From Bugula neritina (Eukaryota > Animalia > Bryozoa): DNA of 64,000 bases. A program made the position numbers and the translations under genes. Location of the stretch: contig OZ037768.1 in the NCBI GenBank assembly GCA_964035545.1, positions 9,270,741 through 9,334,740 of the forward strand. The letters are read 5' to 3'. The notes beneath the pieces were generated by a model. The model saw only the letters and a program-made list of their open reading frames with translations. It searched no databases and was not told the DNA's origin. Of this stretch, positions 50,827-64,000 are shown piece by piece (within the stretch, counting starts at the first letter, position 1; every line of letters starts with the position of its first letter).

Positions 50827-53800
50827 ATGGCTGCTGCTAACTTTTCTTACAAAAAGGTGGCTTTCTGCGTAACAGCAGCTCTCATTTCCTGTATGTTGAA
50901 TGTTTTCTTCTTGGAGAAACTAATAAGGTGAATAATACAGTATTAAGAGGTGTTGTATTTAAGTAACTGATTATTTTACTTGTCATAACTTTTGCATACA
51001 AACCTGACTGTCCCAGGTATATATTAGGGAATGTTTTACTTACTTTAGCATATATTTCTCTCTATAACAAAGAAGCTCCAGATTTTCATTATCTACCTTG
51101 AAGTATGTGCATCCTATAGGGTTTAATATACAGTGAATTCAACCACTTCAACAAATGTATCATTTATATATGAAACATATTTCTGAAAAATACATTTCAA
51201 CAGTTTATTGTTCATATATATATCTATCTGGTTTTAAACCTTATTTTTTTAAGAAAAGTCTCTTTTTTTAATTTAGTGCCGAGAAAAATAGTTCGAATCT
51301 CATAACAGCTTCAGGATTTTTGCTCATTGCAATTGACGGATTGATATTCACTAGCAAATTCTTTACTGTGACGCCAGTAATACCGATAAGGTAAGACAAT
51401 CTACATGTTTTCATATATAAATACACTGTAGAGTGTAGTCAGTACCTCCGTTATTGTTGATATTATTGGGTATGCTTTTAATTCTGTTGCAGGCACAATG
51501 CTTTACTAGTCTTTATATTTTTCTTGTCGAATCTGGGAAATAATCTGGCTTTCAGATATCACATTCCAATGACTCTGCACATGATATTTAAATCAGTAAG
51601 TATTCATTGTCAGTCAGTTGTACAAATTTCATTGATCAAGTAAAAGTTATAACCAAGGCCATTTGTTTGCTTGATTTCTACGCAGGATGAGTGGTATATT
51701 TTATTAAGTAAATTATTTGCAACAATAAGTTTACTTTTACTTTGAAGTCTGTAAAGATGCATTACCTTGTCATTAACTTTACTTTTAATTATGTTTTAGG
51801 GTTCTTTGATGAGTAGCTTATTATTGGGAGTTCTTTTACTAAAAAGAAAGTAGGTATACTTGTTTATACAATAATGAACTAGTTTTCATATTGTATAAAA
51901 TAAGATGTTTTCATAAAATAATATTCTTTATTTTTTGCAATTTCAGTTTTATATATAAATTATATTTGCATTTCGGTTCTAAATTTATACTAAGAAGGAC
52001 ATCTATATAAGTCCTATGTATCTTTGTTTGAGAAATTTTATTATATCTCAAAAATTATATGCAATATAATATATTATGCATATGTAGAAACAGTAAAAAA
52101 TTTCGTAAATTATTACTATACTAAAATAGCATAAACATATTAACTTTTGTATCTATTCCATACATGAAAAAGAAACCTCTGTTTTCAGGAAACTTTTGTT
52201 GGTTTTATTAGCTAATGTTTTGCTTTTCTCTTAAACCCTTCTGGTGAATAATTGTTATGTTTTGTAGATATACCATAACAAAGTATGTGTCAGTTGTTAC
52301 TATTACAATTGGTATCATTCTTTGCACATACGCGTCATCAGAACAGGTATGCATTTGCATAAAGAAGAAGTAAATTACTTTTACTCAAATTTATTGTTAA
52401 GTTTAAAATTTGGTCTCGTCATTATTTTGTTCAACTTGTAGGCACCAGCTGAAACAGCTGCTGTTACCAACATAAAATACAAGGAGTTTATAATCGGTCA
52501 GTAACAGTACATGTGACTGAATATTTGCATATCATTTTCTCCTACTTCCAATTTATTTATTGCTTTCGTGTCTTGTTTACACCCTTCAATATTTTATATC
52601 AACAATACATATACATTATTATCTACAATCTGTTCATGTTCACATATACTCGTTCATCTATGAGATAATTTGAAATAGTGTGTATTACCACAACACTGCC
52701 TTATGCTCATGTGTATCGGATTCTTTGCTTACTTTGCTGTAGGACTTAGCTTGCTGCTGTTTACATTATTTGCTTCTTCTTATATGGGAGTGCTGCAAGA
52801 GAGACTGGCAGCTCGTTTTGGCAAACATCCCAGGGAGTCTTTATTTTATAATGTAAGAGTATTTTATGTAGCTGTTGTGAAGCACTAATATAGAAAGGTT
52901 ATCTATTCACTAGCTCGTTTTAAAGCCCTTTACTTGAATTGCTAATTTAGATGTTATTTATTCACTGGCTGCTGTTTATTACAGTTGCAGTTAATATTTT
53001 ATCAGCAGCTATTAAGTGAGTTTGGCTGGCAGCCAATATGGTTATTCAGTATTTAGCTCTATTTTTATTGTAGCATGCACTTCCATTACCATTTTTCCTA
53101 TTTCTGCGTCAAGATTTAGCTGAACAGATCTCAATATTCAATAATTCAGGTTGGTGACATGAGTTAATTTTAGCAACTTTTTGAGCTTGCTAAAGCATTT
53201 ATAAATTCAGTAACTATGGTTTAGAGTTGAGACTAGAATTTAGAGAAACACAATGCTAATATTTTATACAAATTAGTGATTCTTAGCAAGTAAAGACAAC
53301 TCTAAATCAAAATATTTTGCATTATATATTTGTATGGCCACATCAGTTTAAGAATGATAGCCAATTATTGCCAATGGATTTGTTGCCTGAAAATGAAAAT
53401 GATTTACATGTATAATGTTATGTATATATACAATTACTATATGTTAATTTCTAAGTGGTATGTCGCCCTTAACTAAACTATTTCAAAACTTGATATGTTT
53501 TGGTCGCATATGGTGAGTTAGGCCCATTTTGGTTTTGCTACAGAGCCAATGGAAGTTCCGTTGATAGGAGTCATGATTCCTTATCTATGGTTGCTGCTGG
53601 CTTGCAACACATTTTTCCAGTATCCTTTTGTTAATATCTTCTTGCCTAATAAGGTTTTTGTAGAAACTTTTTTTAAAATGAAAGAATATTTTTATGGGTC
53701 TGTAAATGAGCAGTGTTAGTGAAAGGTTAGGTAGTTTATATAGCTTTTTAGAAAACTCGACAACTTTCTTTTTTTGTGTTAGCATTTTGCTTTTCAGTGG

Positions 53801-54143
53801 GTTCAGATGAAACACATAGATGTACGCTTCTATGTTTGTTTTTTAAGAATTATTTTCTAATTATTACACGTGCAAACTAAATTCTGATTCAATACTTTTC
53901 CTTCACTGTTGTTACAGATATCTCTGCATTAACTTTGTATTCCAATTAACAACAGAGTGTACTTCACTGACCGTTACTCTTGTTATAACAATCAGAAAGT
54001 TCCTGTCACTACTGATCTCCGTATTCTATTTTGGAAATAGATTCACAGTTTTGCATTGGATTGGTGCCGGTTGTGTATTTGGAGGATCAGCAATGTTCAC
54101 CGAGTTGCACAATTTATTACTTTCAAGAAAGAAAAAAGATTAA
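50827..54143 (+). CDS. SLC35B4: Nucleotide-sugar (UDP-xylose/UDP-GlcNAc) transporter SLC35B4, 329 aa
   Basis: Exons 50827-50927, 51277-51390, 51493-51595, 51800-51849, 52268-52346, 52442-52496, 52743-52852, 53074-53149, 53544-53619, 53918-54143 (990 nt). Motifs LHMIFKSGSL, MGVLQE...GKHPRESLFYNHALPLP, LTTECTSLTVTLVITIRKFLSL and a C-terminal di-lysine KKKD. Confidence 0.95.
53620..53917 (+). other. U12-type (minor spliceosome) GT-AG intron in SLC35B4
   Basis: 5' splice site GTATCCTTT and branch-like TTCCTTCAC at 53898-53906, ending about 10 nt before the AG. Confidence 0.9.
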
Positions 54144-54701
54144 CTAAGATGAAAGTCGTCTAAATTGTGCTAACTATTTTTATAGGCTAGACAAGTTTAA
54201 TCTACTTTTAATAAATTTAGTAAAAATTATTAGCTGGAAAAGCGCAACTTTGTTGAGTAACCATAGGCATAGGCTAGGTTGTAGGCAATAGATTTAGTAT
54301 AATTTAGATACTAGTCTTGCTATTCAGCAACTAGTTGTATGTTTAAAAGTAATAGTATTTAATAAAAGATTAAAAATATTAAATGTGATAACATTTATTA
54401 TTTAAATAAATTATAATGTATGCATTTATTGGGACAAAAGTGCAAAGTTGGATGGAATAACTGAGAAAATGTTTTTAGATAATAGAAATATATGTTGTAA
54501 AAAAGTAACTATGTGTACTTCTCATTTGCCCAAAACACTATTTTACAGATATTTATATAATAGCATTAGCCTTTATGTTGGACAAATATGAGCAAATTGG
54601 ACTAGCTGTTACTGCTTTGTGTCAGTGCACAGGATTGATTTTGGAGATACTTTGCCAGTTGGTAATTTAGCATAATGTTGTAAACTGTAGCATAAAGTTT
54701 T

Positions 54702-57700
54702 TCATCCAAACAGCTGGTCATTATCCTAAAATATCAGAAAAAAACTTAATATTGAACTTCCAATATGCTATTACACATAACAACAATGCTGGAAATACAG
54801 GCTATAGATATCAGAAAACATAAGGAAAGGATATGATGAAGCCATAAGCAACTGATAACTCTGTAACATTGCAACAGGTACAAGATATGTTACAAAATGG
54901 TGTTCTAGCTTACCAATACCAGGTTATTGCCACCTTTAGGCAATCGCAAACTATGTCTGTAATACATAATTTACGGATGCATTAAATCACTTGCCAATAA
55001 ATATAATTTCAAATTTTCAGATAAATAGATTAATTATATGTAATAATTGAAAAATATAAAAAGCAAACCTATTGATTTTTACCCATAAGAGTCGACCAAC
55101 CAAGTATAATGTACCAGGCTATAACGTACCTGATTAAGCTTTTTGAACTCGGTGACTTGAGCCAAGATGTACTCTAAAATATGTTTAGCATCTCTGGAAT
55201 CTGGAGCCAAATTCTTAGCTACTCCTAAAATATCCCCGCATTCTCTCACGTAATACTCCAAGTCATCGTCTCCACCTAAAATTGCATTATGTCAATTTCA
55301 AAACGTGCCATTGAAATATAATAAACATGTTGATAAAACTGATAAAATTTGAAGTGTTGTAAAATTAAGTAGATTTACTAACCTACAATATATCAATTGC
55401 ATTACTAGTCGACCAGAATGGTATATAGCGTAATAAAGTTAAAAACAAATGTAAGTTAGAAAATCGAAGCTGCAGCTTTATTACCAAAACCATACACATA
55501 GTTTGCACATTTGCAGTTTTATCCTAAACTTACACTTGTTTGTAATCTGTGCCAATCTAACTTTTTCAGTTGAGAATTGTTCATCTAAATCAAAGAGGTC
55601 TAACGAAGGGGCTGGTAGCTCTCTAAATTGTGGAGGTATCACCGCTGGCTGAAGAGGGGGCAGTGGTGTTTCGAATTGTGGTGTAATAACTCCAAGTTGC
55701 TCATGAGATGTGTTGAGCAGATCATAAGATCTACAATACAGTATATAAGATTTATAAAAACTATGCGCTCATCAAAGGACTACAAAATAGCAACCAGCAT
55801 ATAATAACACTACATAATTGCTGCGATTTCACAATATCACCTGATTCATTGTTACCTCCTAGAACTATCAGTTGAAATCTATCGAAACACAATCAAATAC
55901 CCTTATCAGTACTAGTACAAAAAAATGCAGTGAGTCAATTAAAGTAACAGCAATAAACTTGAAAATACATTTTCACTGGCATGAATCATCATTCTAAATA
56001 ACATTTCAAGGAAAGGTGTTGAAATATTACCCAACCATGCCACAGTATAAGCAATAAATTAGTATTTTGTGCTTTTACTCAACAATATTTTATGAGGCAA
56101 ATTACCAATGGAGCTTCTCAATCTTTGAGGTGTAAAAACTACCAACTTATGCGTGGGAGAGAGAGGGGGTGTCATAATATAAAACCACGACAATCATAAC
56201 AATATACAGTATACAAGATCATTAATGTGTTCATATTTAAAGATCACGCTCTATGAATTATATTCTAACGAATTAGAACACTTTCCAGGTATATGCCATA
56301 TTGAATGTTTTTACCATGCAGTGAGATATTTCATAAGTTTGATTTAATAACACATTCTTGACATACTCAAGTGATAGAACATTCAAACATAATCCTTAAA
56401 TAAAAGAAGCCATGATTGTATATATAAAGACAGGCATACTCATCATTAAGACTAAAACTGCCTGATATATACAAGTTCAACACACTACTAGGTTTAAATT
56501 TAGTTGAACAATAATTTTTGAGGAAGACAGAAAATATATTTGTGCAACAACCTTGCCACTTTCAATCATTCAACACAATGATTTATCTTACTTCAAAGCT
56601 GGCGTAACCAAAGATGTGTCCAAAGCAAAGAGTTTGGTATCGAAGAGTCTGGTAAAATCTCGAGGAATGTCATCACTCTCTTGGAGACAGGCCTTAGGAG
56701 CATCAGCCAGCTTAGCCACTTCTGGCAGCTCATTGTAGTCTGATATCTGTTGAGAAATTATAAACTATGTACCTGCATTACAGATACCTATATTATACTG
56801 AAGTTGGCCAGCATTCTGGCAAATATCTCAACTACTAAAAAGTTGATAGAAATAACTAAATATATATGAAAACACCTCAGGCATCATTATATACAGTATA
56901 TGCTTCAAATTTTGAGAGTAAAGTTTCCATCAATTAGGCAACAAATTAGACAAGTTCAATACCTACTGTACATGAGCATGCAATAAGCAAATTCGTGATT
57001 CAGGGTAAAATAAAATTGCAATAATATGTATTGTAGCACTTTTACAGGAAACTATTAATTAAAATACCAATTGTTTTATATAAGGAAATTGGAACGGATG
57101 CACGGGTACTGACAATTATCTTTATTGATAGAGCAATTGTGGCAAATTTAAAAGCAACCAATTCCCAGCAATAATAAAGATAGTAACGAAACTGCTATAT
57201 TCCACAGTCAATTTTCTTATGTATTACTAGGGATCAGAGATAAATACTGCACGTTTAGTATATATAATTTTTGAGTTAGTAGAAACAGACCTCTGGGTCA
57301 TCAGCATCAATTGTGTTGAGTTTGAGATCATCTGTTGTCAGGAACTGCATTACAACTTCCTGTACAATAAATTAACAAAACATACAAACTCTAGAAATAG
57401 CATTTGAAACATACCACTCAATACTAGCTGGTGACAGGATACAAACATGGTGATTTTCATGAAGATTGCCAATGGATATGGCAGTTTCTATAATGATTGC
57501 TTTAAAACAACATCGTATCTACAGTCCATTAATACATTACAACATGAGGCAGTTGTGGTTAAATGCTATTTCTTATATACATCCAACTACAAATCACATG
57601 TCTTTTGGTTTGTGGTAATTCATGACTCTTACTGCCAATAAGATACTATTGCCATCAACAATACACAGCTTAGTATTAGCATGATGATCAGAGATGAAAA

Positions 57701-58824
57701 AATATATTATAATAAACTTACAAAAATTTTGCTGTTCTCTTCTTTATCTATATACTGATCTGAGAATATGTGAGCTGAACCACACACCACCATTCTACCT
57801 TTACTCTTTGGCTACAATCATTTACCATTACAACATATAGGAGAAATCCAATAATCTGGGTTGACTAACAATATATTCTCATATAAATTAGTGTGCAAAG
57901 TATTGTACAATGGTTATAAAACTGATATGATGTTCGATGCTAAACATAGAGCTACTAAAATGCTTAGTTCTTTTTAAAAATGTGACTCTGAATTCCATAG
58001 TAAGCAAGTTATGACTATAAACGTATTGGCAAGAAAATGACTTACCGAGGAATAAAAAGCACAAACTGGTCTATTTAACGGAAAGGATACACTTCCAGAG
58101 GAAAGAACAGCTATTGACGGCTTGGCCACATTTAGTGTAGCGCCATATGGGTACACAAATGACAGAGCTCTACAAATAAATACACAAATATGTAACTAGA
58201 ATATTACACTTTCTATCCAGGTATACTTCTATATGCTCAAACAATGACTAAAGGCACAACGATGATTGACATGTTATAATAATACCCTTAAGGCACTTTG
58301 CCAAAGTTTCAAATACTCTAACATACTGTAGATTGTTGGAATCCTCCGAGGAAGTGAGCAAACCCTTGCCAGCCGCCACAGCAATACCTCTGTTTAGAAC
58401 ACCGTTGGCTACGAGTGCTTCTTTAGGGTGATAATATTTGTAATAACTTGTACGGACCACTGCATCTGAAATAGTGCTACATTGCAATAAAAACAGCTCT
58501 AGGTCTATGCTTGAAGAAAAGTGATAAACTAAAAAACCTTTACACTTTCATTAATTTATTAATTTAAATGTTTATCATCAAACTTGTTTATCTTTATCAA
58601 GTTCATAATGCTTTGGTCTTATTTACTACTAATTACAACTAAGACTTACAATAAAATGTGCTACAAAAACATTCTATATATTTATTAAAAACCAAGTTTT
58701 GGCCATGAAATAAAAAGACCATTGTCGGTGTAGAAACCGGTAATTTTATTTTATAAGTAAAACCCTAATCTTTAACCATAGTTTTTATTAAACCTGTTCT
58801 ATTAAATTTAGCTTCACACACACG

Positions 58825-58872
<48 letters not shown>

Positions 58873-60897
58873 CGCACAGGCGCGCGCATGCGCACACACA
58901 CACACATATATATAATTTTCAATCCAGACTTGATTGCACTCACCACTATTGACCATGATACCAAACTGCTCAAGCAAGTAGTTTATATTAGTATCATATT
59001 TAGTTTCACCACCTTCTCCCATCATCACCAGCAAACTACCACCTATGCTCAAATACTTTTGAAATGTTTCAAACTCGGTGGCAGTGAACTTTTCTCTTGG
59101 CCCACATATCACATATACCCGAGCAAGAGACAATTTGTCTAATGTGATATCTTCTTTATTGCTGCAATAAACATGTATATGTTGCAATCATATACATAAT
59201 TACATATACTCCATTAAATGCAGGAATGGGTCACAATTTGAAAACAAAAACTTTACTTGCTATGATGCATTGTTTCACATGTAATTATTTTTCAAACCAG
59301 CTTAAATTGTTTTTGTGCTTTATACAGTGAAACATACCTAACAACCTTCCACGCTGACCTAAGCTTTTTATTCATAGACTTCAACCCATTGCTTATGTTG
59401 AATAGTTCTCTTTTGGATGCATCAAAAACAATTAGTTTACTTGAAGTTGTCTCCTCCATATGCTAAAATTAGGGGGGAAAAATAAATAGTTTATACAGTA
59501 AACCGCTTAGTCTACACTCTACAGAACAGAAGAGATTATGGCTAGCTTTGACTAAAACCCAAAGTTAAATAAAAGCAACCCAATACTACAATAGCAGCCA
59601 GTGAAAAATATTTTCAGCAGGTTTTGGTTAAGGACTTAAAACCCAAAAAATGCTTCTATAAGGTCTTAACAGTGAGCAGTTTTCCACTGTCCAAAAACTT
59701 ACATATGTGTAATTTCAGCATTGAACAAGTCTGCCTTTATGATTAATTACAAAACAGATTAAAATGTGAAATTCGATCAATTTTAAATAGTGATTATAAT
59801 TTAAAGCAATGTAAGATTGTATTGCATCTTCATTATGATGACGTGCTTCATTGTTGTAATAAATACTTCTGGTTCCCATAAGACTGGTAACAGAAGCAAT
59901 CAAGACAATATATTAAAATAGCTTATTAATAGATCTGAGCTTTGCTCTTAGTACATCAATAAATTGATCAATTTTCTGCATGTGAAATTTGATTGACTTC
60001 ACTTTTAATGTCTACATGTGCCTATCTATTATCTATACATAGCTACATAATACATATACGATATATACATACACACACGCGCACACACACGCACGCACAC
60101 ATATATACCAAAAATGTAAAATTTATAAGTTGGTACTTTAAAAATTATAATATAGTACATTTTAGATGATAGGAGTCAGTATAACAACATAATAGAGATG
60201 AATTGGGTCAAAAATTGATATAAAAAGAAGATATTGATAAGGTAGAGGTGTCTTTGACTCATGATCTAAAAGCAGAGGTAGAAGAACACCAGAGAGTTTA
60301 AGAAAGGACAGTGAGTTTTTTTAACAAAGCAAATCGTAAAAGTTTGTTCTGGTATAAAAATATGAGGAGTTTGTAAAAATTTCTGATAGCCAAGTTGAAA
60401 TCCTTTTTAAAATAGGGAGCGGGGGGGGGGGTGGCAGTTGGAGAGAGTTGTTCACTATTTGATTGCCTATGCCTATCAGTATCACTCTGCTCTATGGCCT
60501 TTGAAATATAACAACAATTTGAGATGTTAAACTTAAAATGTGTTTTTATGAATTTGCTCATAAAGTGTATTTTAAACTTTTTAAATATTTAATTTACTAG
60601 TACTACTATTAGTGCTAGCAGTCAGGTCCGAGAGGCATTTCCATTTTTATTTTCTAAAATCAAAATAAAAATTCAAAATGAAAATATATGAGATTGAGTT
60701 AGGACCATAAAATTGAAAAATAGAGGGTCAATAAACCTAAATTGAATAAATAAAACATCTAACTTGCAAAACCTTTGCAAGTAACATAATTTTTTTTAAA
60801 TAAATCACCAATCTAAAATAATATACTGTACACATGAAAATAACATTTATGTTTAAATTCAGTAATTGAAATTGTTTACCTCAGCGACGGGTGCCAT
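54702..60897 (-). CDS. IFT52: Intraflagellar transport protein 52, 434 aa
   Basis: Exons 60897-60880, 59462-59338, 59161-58944, 58465-58327, 58169-58046, 57811-57722, 57359-57291, 56746-56592, 55730-55534, 55275-55130, 54725-54702 (1305 nt). Motifs [74 protein letters not shown]. Confidence 0.96.
58816..58913. repeat. Compound (CA)n/(CG)n microsatellite in an IFT52 intron
   Basis: cacacacacgcgcgcgcgcacacaca...gcgcgcgcatgcgcacacacacacacatatata. Confidence 0.95.
60050..60108. repeat. Degenerate (TA)/(CA)/(CG) microsatellite in IFT52 intron 1
   Basis: atatatacatacacacacgcgcacacacacgcacgcacacatatatac. Confidence 0.85.
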
Positions 60898-61254
60898 GAT
60901 GGAATGCGACTGTTGCACTGTGGGATAACTACGAACCAATCATTTTAAAGCGGATCTTTGATTAGTTGAACATATAAAAATAATACTCATTAACCAATCA
61001 TTTATTCACTTTTCCAATGTCAGCATGTGACTCTTTTTAGATCAGCTGTAATTATAAGTCGGGTTTTGCTCGGAGTCCAACGTAAGCATGCTTTATACTG
61101 TTATTTAGTTTGATTCATTATTTAAACGAAAATTGTTTGATGTTTTTGTTTAAATATAAGTTTTTGGTAAGTGGAAAAACAGAACTGACTAGTGCCTAAT
61201 AGTAATACTTACCAGTTACCAGGTGAATGGTTTCTATTAGTATTTGTGTTATGG

Positions 61255-61790
61255 CTACTGCTAGTGCTATGACTATGACTATGAGTATGATATTCATATT
61301 GATATTTATAATCATAATGATAATGATTATCATTATAGTTATGATTATGATCATTAGATTATTATTATCAATATCATCATGAGTTTAACTTTAAGTTTGT
61401 GATTAAAGTAAGATTAAGAATTAGAATAACAGATAACTATCAGACTCCATTTCATTTCTTGTCTAGAGTCACACCTAAAAAGAATGGGAATGACTCAACA
61501 TTATCACGATGATGATATGAATTTGAAAAGGAATTAAAAAACCATACTTAATCTTATAGTAATAGTTATAGTCTTATACTATAAGTATGAGTATAAGTTA
61601 TAGTAAACGTAATAGTTATTCTAATAATAGAATTAGATCAAGTTTTATAGAATCCAGTAACTGTAAGATTAAGTGTTGTTAAATTGAGGAAGTAACTCAG
61701 TCTTATACTCATAGACCATAGTTATTGTTAAGCTCAAACAATTAAAATCACTAAGAATCAGTAATACTAATACTAATAATCACAATGAAT
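61255..61790. repeat. Cryptic hexamer-periodic tract (TATGAC / TATGAG / TAATAC units)
   Basis: gctatgactatgactatgagtatgatattcatattgatatt...; same style as 2040-3240. Confidence 0.6.
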
Positions 61791-62998
61791 GAATATAGTA
61801 GAGAATTAGATGATGGTATTATTATAAATGTTTTGTTAATTGTAGTTTACTTAGACTTAAATTTTAAAAGCATAAGGTTAATATTTTTGGTTTATTGCAA
61901 TCTAATTGAGTTTGATTAATATTTGATGTCATGATAACAATAACATTTAAAATTACATAAAAATTGAATATAGTATAGTCATTAAAAGACATTTATAGTG
62001 CCTCTTGATTTTGTTACCCATACCAATATTGGAATGACTTAAAGTTAATTCATTTTTGTATCGATACCGACACCAAGTTTTATACCCAGTCTGACATTGA
62101 AATGATTATTTACATTTTATAGCAACCAATTCTATCTATAGTGTTTCAAAACTGTAATTTGCATCTTTACTAAGTTCAATACTCTCACTACTATTCACCA
62201 TTATTGTGATCTGCATTGTATTTCACTGGTATTAAGTAGTTGGCATATTTTGTTTTGATCAGTAAGATTAGTAGATAAATACTGAAATATATTCACATTT
62301 TCACTCAATTAGTTACTGAAACAAAGTATTCATATTGTAGCAGCATTATGATTGTGATTAGTTTTTCATGGTTTTGACATTTAATAATTTATAGTGATTG
62401 CAGTAGTTCTAATTTTACTTTTCTACTATGAAGTTTAATAACATAGAAGTTGGGATATGTGTAGCAATTACAAAATTAATCTTCAATAAATTTTACTGCT
62501 ATTAAAGTGTAAGTTCGTACTCTAGAAAACTCAAACACCACTTTTAATACAAGCAAAACCTTAGCAATTCAACTGTTGTGTTTTGTTGTTTTTTTTATTT
62601 ACACATCAATGAACTTTAACCATTAACTCTAATTTTCACAACATTCCAGAATGACACTTTTAATCAGTTAATTCTGTTTATAAACTGTCGGTTATTTATG
62701 ATTATTCAATTGTTTAGTTTGGTTTTTGGTTTACTATAAAACAGGAAAAAATAACATGTTAGAGCATTTCACATTCTATTTATGCTCACGAAAAGACTGC
62801 AACAATTATTTTTCATTGTGCTTTGATTAGTCAGAGTAAGTAATGATATGATATGTTTAATTTATAGAAGATATTTTGGGATCACTTTTCAAAATTGTAG
62901 GACAAGAATGCTAAAGTTATTCTAATTTTTATTAACTTATTATATAAATAATTGTTTTGCAGTTATAGCGATAGTTTGATAGAAATACAAGTATTATA

Positions 62999-63067
62999 AT
63001 GAGTCATTCCAGTGCTGTGGTGAGCATCTCTGACAGTGAAACTTGGGAAAAGAATAAAAAGTATACT
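62999..63067 (+). CDS. First coding exon of a probable PX-domain protein, SGK3-like kinase (MSHSSAVVSISDSETWEKNKKYT)
   Basis: Acceptor ttttgcAG at 62962, ATG at 62999, donor ACT|GTGAGT. It resembles the SGK3 PX start [20 protein letters not shown]. A candidate non-coding exon donor GGTAAGT lies at about 61167. Confidence 0.5.
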
Positions 63068-64000
63068 GTGAGTACAATGCCAGTCCTTTTCATTGATAAT
63101 TATTAGATTGCTAATGTCAAATTTAAATAATCTCAGTCTTTGAATACAGAATGCTTTGTGATTTGCACAATAAGATTACATGTGATTGTAAGCCTTGTGA
63201 ATTCGTCCATAGAAGATAGCAAATCATTTTCTTCCTTATGTTGTATAATCAACACATTAGCCACTTTCCGGTAGCAGCTTCGGATTAGCCCACACCGTGT
63301 GTTTATGTAGCTAAGTTACTTGCTCTTTAATTAATCGGTTTATTTGCATACTCTAGTTAGATCTATTTAATTTAGTTCTAGTTTTAATCGAGATATAATT
63401 GGAATACGATTTCCGATTTCTATTTTCAGTTTAATAAATTTTTATGTATTAAGCAATTGACAGCTAAATAATTATAAACCTGATAAATCATAGTTTTTTG
63501 CACTAGCCTATGAACATTTACCTAGTTAAAGTTGAAGTAGTGAATAGGAAGCAGTGTACAGAGGCTTGTCATGCAGTAGCAGTCTGTAAGTTGCGAGTGT
63601 TGCTTGCCATTCAATGTTAATACTGACAGCTGATGGCCATTGTGGTTGAGCAAACGTGTAATTCATGCGCGTGTTATGAACATGAGGATCACAGATTTAA
63701 GCCAAGCACATTTATTATAGACAATACATAGTATGAGACAAATTATCATACCTCAGCATGTAGGGTAATTAATGAGAATTGTTTTATCCATAATTTATTG
63801 TTTGGGCTTTGACTGCTAAAAGTTTTCATTGATCAGAAAGCCATTTTTTTTTACAGAAAATTACTTAATTTTTGCTGCAACTGCACCCACTAATGGTGGA
63901 AATACTCTTGTGTTAATACAGTCTGTGCAGACTGTATAGTTAGTTACAATAGTTACAATAATGCACACACTATGGTTATGGCCTATTAGTTTGCTGAAAT

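Noticed and set aside
58082-58090. GTATCCTTT (U12-like donor) in IFT52
   Set aside because: It lies within conserved coding sequence ([10 protein letters not shown]), and the exon continues to a normal GTAAGT donor.
1-64000. CRISPR arrays, operons, prokaryotic defence systems, autonomous transposase or RT genes
   Set aside because: None seen. The sequence is spliceosomal-intron-rich animal DNA and the only long ORF is filamin.

Overview
AT-rich, intron-rich animal (invertebrate-like) genomic DNA with no prokaryotic features. It is dominated by a complete filamin gene on the minus strand (coding span 39672->5180). I assembled a 41-exon core by hand, all GT-AG and phase-consistent, giving 2229 aa: two CH domains plus 20 Ig/filamin repeats. 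Next come SLC35B4 (+, 10 exons, one U12-type intron) and IFT52 (-, 11 exons) tail-to-tail, a probable SGK/PX-domain gene starting divergently from IFT52, and the 5' end of an unidentified gene at the left edge. The most striking feature is the alternative-splicing architecture of filamin. It includes a 4452-nt frame-preserving giant exon adding about 11 Ig repeats (three being near-identical 312-bp tandem copies), two pairs of duplicated mutually exclusive exons (Ig1 and the Ig17 ligand-binding face), several 12-nt microexon candidates, acidic cassette exons and a candidate internal first exon. Two inverted tRNA-Thr-like SINE copies, a MITE-like fragment and cryptic hexamer-periodic tracts are also present. 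All splice calls come from sequence and phase logic only, with no transcript data.
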